A DNA stretch of 38,385 nucleotides from a virus (Duplodnaviria > Caudoviricetes). Below the pieces are notes generated by a model. It was not told the DNA's origin, made no database searches, and was given only the letters and a program-made list of their open reading frames with translations. Shown here piece by piece: positions 26,053 through 32,573 of this stretch. Where the stretch lies: positions 1 through 38,385 of IMG/VR virus record IMGVR_UViG_3300025018_000059; one strand, written 5' to 3'. The position numbers and the translations under genes are program-made. Position 1 is the first letter of the stretch. Each line of letters starts with the position of its first letter.

Positions 26053-26244
26053 GTGCAAAAAATAAATGCTAAAATATCACTTTCCAGCTCAATTTTAAAG
26101 CGTATTTCTCACCCCTCACACCCCTAAATAATCCCCTACAGCCCTCCACAGCGGGCAGTTTAGCCTTAATAGTGTAGATTGTATGAAAACGATAAAAACA
26201 GACGATATTTTGAAAAATAAATAAAAATAAATATTACAAAACAC

Positions 26245-26273
26245 TTGACATGTTTTACACGGCGTGTTATAAT
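26245..26273 (+). promoter_or_regulatory. rightward early promoter
   Basis: A-rich UP element, TTGACA-17 nt-TATAAT, extended -10 TG. Confidence 0.85.
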
Positions 26274-26308
26274 ATGTATGTAAGTGAGAGAAAAAAACGG
26301 AGGCAATT

Positions 26309-26539
26309 ATGAATTACTATTTGAACAATGATGAAAGGTTAGGTGGAAAATGGTTAATATCTGAAACAAATAAATCTATGCAAATTAACCCCGATGAACC
26401 CATTACAGTAGCAGAAGCATTTGAATCTGGAGAATACAAAATTGAAAAATTTAGCTCTGTTATTGGATTAATGCGCTATATTCTGAGTGAAGAGCGTGAC
26501 CCAAAAAAAACATGGAATATATTAAAACAAGAATTATAA
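26309..26539 (+). CDS. hypothetical early protein
   Basis: 76 aa, GGAGG RBS. Confidence 0.75.
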   Translation: MNYYLNNDERLGGKWLISETNKSMQINPDEPITVAEAFESGEYKIEKFSSVIGLMRYILSEERDPKKTWNILKQEL

Positions 26540-26595
26540 CCGAAACGGGGGAAACCCCGTCCGCCGGATACCCGCCCGGCGCTGATGAGGTAGGG
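26539..26595 (+). ncRNA. hammerhead ribozyme, type II topology
   Basis: ACC-GAAA-[CGGGG GAAA CCCCG]-TC-[CGCCGG ATACCCGC CCGGCG]-CTGATGA-GGT; full catalytic core and GUC cleavage triplet (26559-26561). Confidence 0.9.
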
Positions 26596-26948
26596 AAATA
26601 ACAGGAGGCAAGTATGAAAAGAGCATTGAAACAGGCAGAAAGTAAAGTAGTAGGATTACATGCAGGTATTACAGGAGATGTTTCTGACCTGTGGGGAAAA
26701 ATATCTTCTGACCTGTGTGGAAATGTTTCTGACCTGTGTGGAAAAATATCTTCTGGAATGAGTGGAAATGTTACTGGACTGCGGGGAGATGTTACTGGAC
26801 TGCGTGGAAAAATTTCTTCTGGACTGAGTGGAGATGTTTCTGGACTGAGTGGAGATGTAGATGAGTGTGAAATCACAGATGATGAGAGAGTGAACGGCAT
26901 AGATATTTCTGAGTTGATTATACTACCCACTGATGAGGTAGGGAAATA
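26582..26948 (+). repeat. 19-bp direct repeat CTGATGAGGTAGGGAAATA at 26582-26600 and 26930-26948
   Basis: Exact match; both copies are followed by a GGAGGCA RBS. Confidence 0.9.
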
Positions 26949-26949
26949 G
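26614..26949 (+). CDS. short-repeat protein (GDVSGLx heptads, probable beta-solenoid)
   Basis: Tandem 21/24-nt units encoding GDVSDLW/GKISSDLC/GNVTGLR/GDVSGLS. Confidence 0.8.
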   Translation: MKRALKQAESKVVGLHAGITGDVSDLWGKISSDLCGNVSDLCGKISSGMSGNVTGLRGDVTGLRGKISSGLSGDVSGLSGDVDECEITDDERVNGIDISELIILPTDEVGK

Positions 26950-26959
26950 GAGGCAGAAA

Positions 26960-27172
26960 ATGAATATTTACAAAAACAAAGATAAGGCTTTACAGATAAT
27001 GAGAAATACAAACAGGATATTCAGGGCAGCAGAGAAAAATTCTAAAAAGAATAGCAAAAAATCATGTTATGAAATTACAGTTTTAGTTGACGGCCCTATA
27101 AATAATACATGGGTACTAATGACAATTAGCGAAGCCATAGACAACGGGTTTAGTTATAGAATTGAATATTAA
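26960..27172 (+). CDS. hypothetical protein
   Basis: 70 aa, AGGAGG RBS. Confidence 0.7.
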   Translation: MNIYKNKDKALQIMRNTNRIFRAAEKNSKKNSKKSCYEITVLVDGPINNTWVLMTISEAIDNGFSYRIEY

Positions 27173-27193
27173 GAAAAATCAGGAGGCAAGAAA

Positions 27194-27412
27194 ATGGAAA
27201 GTATTTTATTTAACGGCAAGCTGACAGCGTGGGGCAAGTGCGAGATCGCTACAATGTGCAAAGAGATCAATCTCGACTTTGGCACAGTTTGCCAAGAGAT
27301 CAATAAGCGCAATTTTCAGAATGAGCACATGTTATTGCACTACTGCAAGGGGTTGATTAGTGTGCAAGTATTGCTCAAAGAGTTAGCAAATAAACAGGAG
27401 GGACATAGATGA
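27194..27412 (+). CDS. hypothetical protein
   Basis: 72 aa, AGGAGG RBS. Confidence 0.7.
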   Translation: MESILFNGKLTAWGKCEIATMCKEINLDFGTVCQEINKRNFQNEHMLLHYCKGLISVQVLLKELANKQEGHR

Positions 27413-27634
27413 CACACGAAGAAAGAAGAGCGGTAATTTTCGGAGTTAAAATAAGGGACACTAGATATCCAGACGTACCAGGAGAATCAGTATTAGAAAT
27501 TACCCATAATGGTTATCAATGGGATATTGTCTCCATGACTAAAGAGGAAGCTATAAAAATTGTTGAAACTATAAGCACACATTTTGGATTATAGTTTAGT
27601 AACTCAAGAGAAATAAACAGGAGGGACATAGATG
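27388..27634 (+). repeat. 24-bp direct repeat AAATAAACAGGAGGGACATAGATG at 27388-27411 and 27611-27634
   Basis: Exact match flanking the 61-aa gene; partial copy at 31811. Confidence 0.9.
27409..27594 (+). CDS. hypothetical protein
   Basis: 61 aa; LEITHNGYQW. Confidence 0.7.
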   Translation: MTHEERRAVIFGVKIRDTRYPDVPGESVLEITHNGYQWDIVSMTKEEAIKIVETISTHFGL

Positions 27635-27850
27635 TTAATACCAGAAAAGACACGTAAAAAAGCAGTCAGGTATGAGAGAACTATCTGGCTAGGCAAGGAA
27701 CTAAAGCGACGTATTGAGAAAGCGGAAATAGTCATCCGTAATGAAAAGATCAATACTAACACTAATTTAGTGATTAGAACACTAATCGAAAGCTGGCTAG
27801 ATGAATTCGAGATAGAATTTAAAAAGCACTATAAGGAGGGTGGCAAATGA
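27632..27850 (+). CDS. putative ribbon-helix-helix DNA-binding protein
   Basis: RTIWL strand, ELKRRIEK helix, NLVIRTLIESWL helix. Confidence 0.5.
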   Translation: MLIPEKTRKKAVRYERTIWLGKELKRRIEKAEIVIRNEKINTNTNLVIRTLIESWLDEFEIEFKKHYKEGGK

Positions 27851-28599
27851 CTGTACAGGAAATTCAAGAGGCGTTAAAAAAACCTTTCACAGAGGACGAA
27901 ATAGAATGGCGTGTAAGTCAATCAGGCTTAAAATCTGATAAAAAAACGCCGTGGGCTAAAGTTGTCCCTTACATACAAAATCGTGCTATTATGAATCGGC
28001 TTGATGATATCATGGGAATTGCAGACTGGAAAAATGAATTCACACGATGGGGAGATAAAAGCCAGCTATGTACATTATGGCTAAAACTTGAGGGCACATG
28101 GATAGGCAAAACAGACGGCGCAGATAATACAAATATTGAATCGACAAAAGGCGGCTTATCTGACTCTATGAAACGTGCAGCCGTTCAATGGGGGATTGGC
28201 AGATATCTTTATGAGTATGGCGAATTCTTTGCAATTATCTCAGATAAAGGTCAGCATTATGTGAAAGCATCTAATAACACACCCGCATTTAACTGGGATG
28301 CTCCAAAACTTAACTCAAAAAAAGTAGACAACTATCAAACAGAAAAACCCGCCGGCTGGGATAAAAAAGCTTCCCGACCTATCACACAAAAAGAGGTTGA
28401 ACTTAATCAAGTAGAAGCTGCTAGATTTGTGCAGGCACTTAGTGATAAGCTTAACCCTGAGACAAAATTAAAAATAGAGCAGGCAGTGAGCACAACAGCT
28501 CCAGCTCTGTATAAATCAAAGCTATTGACTACAATAAACAAAATCACAGGTAATGAATATTCAGACTTAGAAGTCTACTATGAGGAGGTGTTCAAATGA
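27847..28599 (+). CDS. sak: Rad52/Rad22-family single-strand annealing protein (Sak)
   Basis: L..PF...EIEWR, YIQNRAIMNRLD, KGGLSDSMKRAAVQWGIGRYLY. Confidence 0.92.
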   Translation: MTVQEIQEALKKPFTEDEIEWRVSQSGLKSDKKTPWAKVVPYIQNRAIMNRLDDIMGIADWKNEFTRWGDKSQLCTLWLKLEGTWIGKTDGADNTNIESTKGGLSDSMKRAAVQWGIGRYLYEYGEFFAIISDKGQHYVKASNNTPAFNWDAPKLNSKKVDNYQTEKPAGWDKKASRPITQKEVELNQVEAARFVQALSDKLNPETKLKIEQAVSTTAPALYKSKLLTTINKITGNEYSDLEVYYEEVFK

Positions 28600-28808
28600 C
28601 AAGCGTTCAGCAACATGGAATAGATCATAGATTATTATCACAGATGCCTGGCGTTAAATTGAGAAAACATGCTAAAGAATATGGAGAGTCATATTATTTA
28701 GTGTGTAGTATTGGAAATTATGAAATCGGAGAAGTGACATTTTTCTCTAATAATTTCAATAAGTACACGGCTGATTTTTATAAAGCCGTCGGAATAAAGA
28801 AGGGATAG
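28596..28808 (+). CDS. hypothetical protein
   Basis: 70 aa, GGAGGT RBS, ATGA overlap. Confidence 0.65.
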   Translation: MTSVQQHGIDHRLLSQMPGVKLRKHAKEYGESYYLVCSIGNYEIGEVTFFSNNFNKYTADFYKAVGIKKG

Positions 28809-28809
28809 A

Positions 28810-29313
28810 ATGGGACGACTAAGCACACAGATTAATTCAGAGCTGGAAATGATACAGCTATATGAGAGCATGGATGATATGGACCTGGAAGAGAGAGAGC
28901 AATTTCAAGAGGCTTTAGCTGCTAACATTATCGAGAGCAAAAACACCTTGATAAATAACATTGAGTTTATTGACTCTTTGGAGGCAAGAATTGAAAAGAT
29001 CAAAGAGTATGAAAGTGAACTAAAAACACGTAAGCATCAAATACAGAGAATCATTGACCATATCAAGTATGTGTTCAAAAATTACATGGAGGCTAAAGAC
29101 CTAAAAAAGCTTGAGCTTAATGAGTTGCATCACATAACACGGGTCAACACTGAGAGCACTGAGATTATTAATGAGTTTGAAATTCCCGATTCTTTTTGTG
29201 ATATTGTAGTCACAAGAAAGCCGAAAAAGGCAGAAATTAAAAAGGCAATTAAAGAGGGTCAAATAGTGCCTGGAGCTGAAATCCAGACAAATAGTTATAT
29301 CAGGATTAAATAA
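28810..29313 (+). CDS. siphovirus Gp157-family protein
   Basis: Coiled coil, IP..F, K.EIKKAIKEG..VPGAEI...Y.RIK. Confidence 0.88.
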   Translation: MGRLSTQINSELEMIQLYESMDDMDLEEREQFQEALAANIIESKNTLINNIEFIDSLEARIEKIKEYESELKTRKHQIQRIIDHIKYVFKNYMEAKDLKKLELNELHHITRVNTESTEIINEFEIPDSFCDIVVTRKPKKAEIKKAIKEGQIVPGAEIQTNSYIRIK

Positions 29314-29337
29314 TCGCTTCTCACAAAGCAAAGGGGA

Positions 29338-29375
29338 TGCCCTGGATACTCCGGGGCACGTATTTATAATTTTAA
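29338..29375 (+). terminator. hairpin/terminator
   Basis: TGCCCTGGA-TAC-TCCGGGGCA followed by CGTATTTAT. Confidence 0.5.
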
Positions 29376-29384
29376 GAGGTAAAC

Positions 29385-29849
29385 ATGACAGGTCAAATAA
29401 TTGAGATAACCGATAAGAGTATGACAATATCTGGCACTGATAAGAAGCTAAAAATTAATCAGATTGTGAAAGTGATTGCAGAAGATGAGCACATGGCCCG
29501 CATGCACAATTTTTACCACGTCATTATCGGGCATATCTCAAAAATCACAGGACTAAAAGACGACCACGTCCATGCCCTGGCACGGTTGCAAATTGGCTTT
29601 TATGACTTTATCGAAAACCCAGAGACAGGCGACGACATGATAATACTAAGAAGTACGGCCGTTTCTAAAATGGATTATTACAAGTGGATTGACTTACTTG
29701 ACAATCTTTGGTATAGTCTAGTTACAAATGGCTTAACGGTAGATCATGATACAGTTATTCCCCCTGGATACCTTGAGCTTGATTATATATTGAGACAACG
29801 GGACAAATATATAGAGCACAGAAAATTATTAATGGAGGCTAAAAAATGA
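29385..29849 (+). CDS. hypothetical protein, possibly NinB/DUF1367-like recombination accessory
   Basis: HNFYH.II..I...TG....VH and LRST...KM pattern; recombination module context. Confidence 0.5.
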   Translation: MTGQIIEITDKSMTISGTDKKLKINQIVKVIAEDEHMARMHNFYHVIIGHISKITGLKDDHVHALARLQIGFYDFIENPETGDDMIILRSTAVSKMDYYKWIDLLDNLWYSLVTNGLTVDHDTVIPPGYLELDYILRQRDKYIEHRKLLMEAKK

Positions 29850-31045
29850 TTATTTTATCTTGTTTTGACGGTATGAGCTGCGGGCAAATTGCTTTTGAGC
29901 GTGTAGGGATTAAAGTTGATAAATACTACGCAAGTGAGATAGACAAATACGCTATGAAAGTTACACAAGAAAATTATCCCGATACTATTCAGCTTGGCAG
30001 TATTGAGAACTGGAAAGACTGGAATATTGAAACGCCTGATATTATTATAGGTGGCAGTCCATGTCAGGGGTTTAGCTTTGCTGGAAAAGGCTTAAATTTT
30101 AATGACCCACGAAGCCGGTTATTTTTCACCTTTGTTGATATTATTAAGCATTATAAGCCTAAATATTTCTTACTCGAAAACGTCCGCATGAAAGCAGAAC
30201 ATGAATCAATCATAACGCAATATATGGGAATAAGCCCCGTAATGATTAATTCCTCTTTGGTCTCTGCACAAAATAGGGAGCGGCTTTACTGGACAAACAT
30301 CGGAGCGCATGAAAAAGATTTATTTGGCAATCTACAACCTGGTATTAAACAACCAGAGGACAAGGAAATTTTGCTAAAAGATATTATCGAAAGTGGACAA
30401 GCATTTATAAATCAAAATGGAGAGCATAAAAACATAGATAATAAATCAACCTGCATTGATGCTAATTATTGGAAAGGAATTGATAATCAAGGAATTGATA
30501 ATCATAGACAAAGGACATGCATCCGTATAGGTAGTATAAAAGATGGTGGATATAAGATGAGCAATGCTATCTATAGTGTAGAAGGAAAAAGTCCGACATT
30601 AATAGCTATCAAAGGCGGGAATAAAGAGCCAAAAATAGGAGCATTTAGAGGTAGATATATTGATAACCCCACGTCCCTTAAAATTGGATTAGAAACTGAA
30701 CAACGCCTTGAACTCAGAGAAGATTATAAGTCAAATACTTTGACTACGGTGCAGAAAGATAATGTGATAGTATTCCCAGAAGCTACAAAAAAAGGTTACA
30801 TTGAAGCGAAACCTGTAGACGGTGTTGACCGCACTTATCCAAATAGTAAAACAAATGAATATGGAATTATACAGCCAGATTTAACCTGGAGAAAATTAAC
30901 ACCTTTGGAGTGCGAGAGATTGCAGACAGTGCCAGAAGGATATACAGCTCATGTAAGTAATTCACAACGCTACAAACTTTTAGGCAACGGCTGGACTTGT
31001 GACGTGATAGTCCACATATTAAAACACATGGAGGCTAAGAAATGA
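29846..31045 (+). CDS. DNA (cytosine-5) methyltransferase
   Basis: LSCFDGMSCG, GGSPCQGFS, LLENV, AQNRERLYW, LTPLECERLQ, RYKLLGNGW. Confidence 0.95.
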   Translation: MIILSCFDGMSCGQIAFERVGIKVDKYYASEIDKYAMKVTQENYPDTIQLGSIENWKDWNIETPDIIIGGSPCQGFSFAGKGLNFNDPRSRLFFTFVDIIKHYKPKYFLLENVRMKAEHESIITQYMGISPVMINSSLVSAQNRERLYWTNIGAHEKDLFGNLQPGIKQPEDKEILLKDIIESGQAFINQNGEHKNIDNKSTCIDANYWKGIDNQGIDNHRQRTCIRIGSIKDGGYKMSNAIYSVEGKSPTLIAIKGGNKEPKIGAFRGRYIDNPTSLKIGLETEQRLELREDYKSNTLTTVQKDNVIVFPEATKKGYIEAKPVDGVDRTYPNSKTNEYGIIQPDLTWRKLTPLECERLQTVPEGYTAHVSNSQRYKLLGNGWTCDVIVHILKHMEAKK

Positions 31046-31497
31046 ATAATTACGTTTACAAAATGCGTACCTTACTCTGGATGCAACGCCGAACCTGCTC
31101 AGAAGGTTATGAGACTTACTGCGCAATCTCAGGAGCTAAGATATTACCTGTAATGCGGGGCGATGTATTCTACGATGTACTCACTAACTCAAAACTAGAC
31201 TTCTGCCACGTGCTCAGTAATACTCACTCTAATCGCAAACACTACCCGCACTTTATAGACTCAATACTTAACGGTGTGGTAGGCTTACACAATGCGCACC
31301 TGTCAAGCTCATGCTCTAACTACCCGCCTGAAAATTTGTACACTGACAGAGAGATATATAAAATTGAATTTTATCTTAGTGCTGATATTGCAGAAAATCA
31401 AATGGTGCGTGCTGTACTCAATGGAGAGATGCACACTAATGATTTGATGATTAAGCATTATATTGACAAAGTGCATAAATATATAGGGAGGGAGTGA
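31042..31497 (+). CDS. hypothetical protein, possible degenerate HNH-like fold
   Basis: CAISG...LDFCHVLS...ILNGV..LH..H. Confidence 0.5.
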   Translation: MNNYVYKMRTLLWMQRRTCSEGYETYCAISGAKILPVMRGDVFYDVLTNSKLDFCHVLSNTHSNRKHYPHFIDSILNGVVGLHNAHLSSSCSNYPPENLYTDREIYKIEFYLSADIAENQMVRAVLNGEMHTNDLMIKHYIDKVHKYIGRE

Positions 31498-31498
31498 A

Positions 31499-31807
31499 AT
31501 GAGAATAGCAGTAAATGATTGTTGGGGTGGGTTTAGTGTATCACATGCAATATACGATATACTAGGAATAAAATGGGATGGTTACGGGTTTTTGAGTAAT
31601 AAAGATTTAGGTATTGAATCAAATAATTGTGATGCCTATAGAGCAGATGCTAGATTAATTGCAGCTATAGAGAAAATAGGTTGTGATGCTGCAAGTGGAG
31701 AGTATGCAGAAATAACAATTATTGAAGTCCCTGATGATATAGAATGGTACATAGATAATTATGATGGCAAGGAAAGTGTACACGAAGAACATCGGTCATG
31801 GTATTAA
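31499..31807 (+). CDS. conserved phage hypothetical protein
   Basis: N.CWGGFS.S, R.D..LI..IE..G, WYIDNYDGKE.V.E.HR.W. Confidence 0.8.
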   Translation: MRIAVNDCWGGFSVSHAIYDILGIKWDGYGFLSNKDLGIESNNCDAYRADARLIAAIEKIGCDAASGEYAEITIIEVPDDIEWYIDNYDGKESVHEEHRSWY

Positions 31808-31831
31808 TATAAATAAACAGGAGGCAATGAA

Positions 31832-31966
31832 ATGAGAGGAGCAATGACAGGATTATTAATCTACATCGGGGCTGTAATTATCACGATTATCGTAGGTTAC
31901 ATTGTGAGAAATGATGACATGAGCATAAGCCGTGAGACTCTGAAAAAATACAGGGGGAAAAGATGA
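31832..31966 (+). CDS. small single-TM protein (44 aa)
   Basis: AGGAGG RBS; MRGAMTGLLIYIGAVIITIIVGYIV... Confidence 0.5.
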   Translation: MRGAMTGLLIYIGAVIITIIVGYIVRNDDMSISRETLKKYRGKR

Positions 31967-32196
31967 ACGATAATTACCCAGCCGGCGTAAGCGATAATCA
32001 CCCCTATTTCAATCCAGATAATATTAGAGAAAAAAAAGCTGATTTTATCATCGAAGAGTTAAGAATGAAACACGGCGATAATCTCGTCAAGGCCTGTACA
32101 GACTATACACAAATAGCCTTTGATGACTTGCGATATCCGCCGAAAACATGGGAAGACCTGTACAAAATAATACTTGATGATCAGGAGTACACATGA
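31963..32196 (+). CDS. hypothetical protein
   Basis: 77 aa; NYPAG...HPYFN. Confidence 0.7.
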   Translation: MNDNYPAGVSDNHPYFNPDNIREKKADFIIEELRMKHGDNLVKACTDYTQIAFDDLRYPPKTWEDLYKIILDDQEYT

Positions 32197-32483
32197 CAAA
32201 ATCAGAGACAAGTGAAAATTTTAAAACTTTAGAGAGACTTACTGGAATCAGAGTTTATACTTTTAACTCAAATCGTCGTATGCCCCCAGGCTCTATTGGA
32301 TGGATGGACCGTGTAATAATCACCCGTTCACACATTATCTGCATAGAGGACAAAATAGGACGGGACGTACTGAGCGATAAGCAAAAAGAGGTAGGGAAGT
32401 CACTAAAAGCACTTTCCCGTTTCCCTGGCAGCCGTGTTGTATATTATCTCAATTACAGAGTAGACGCTGTATTGTGTAGTTAA
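32193..32483 (+). CDS. VRR-NUC-like PD-(D/E)xK nuclease, C-terminus possibly truncated
   Basis: GWMD...IEDK...LSDKQK; 3' end runs into leader RNA copy C. Confidence 0.65.
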   Translation: MTKSETSENFKTLERLTGIRVYTFNSNRRMPPGSIGWMDRVIITRSHIICIEDKIGRDVLSDKQKEVGKSLKALSRFPGSRVVYYLNYRVDAVLCS

Positions 32484-32553
32484 AAGTCACTTTTTGAGAG
32501 CGCACGTCTACCCCTATTCATAGGGAAGTGCTCTTTGAGAAGTGGCTTTTTTT
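32450..32553 (+). ncRNA. structured leader RNA, copy C
   Basis: TACAG-AGTAGACG-CTGTA; long hairpin AAAAGTCACTTTT...GAGAAGTGGCTTTT containing CGTCTAC and sub-hairpin CCCTA-TTCA-TAGGG. Confidence 0.8.
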
Positions 32554-32573
32554 ATTCATAAAATGAGGTAAAA

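Noticed and set aside
26672-26860. CRISPR array
   Set aside because: Repeats are contiguous in-frame coding units with no unique spacers, and there are no cas genes
26880-26948. Second complete hammerhead
   Set aside because: Only the CUGAUGA 3' half is present; stems I and III and a positioned GAAA are missing
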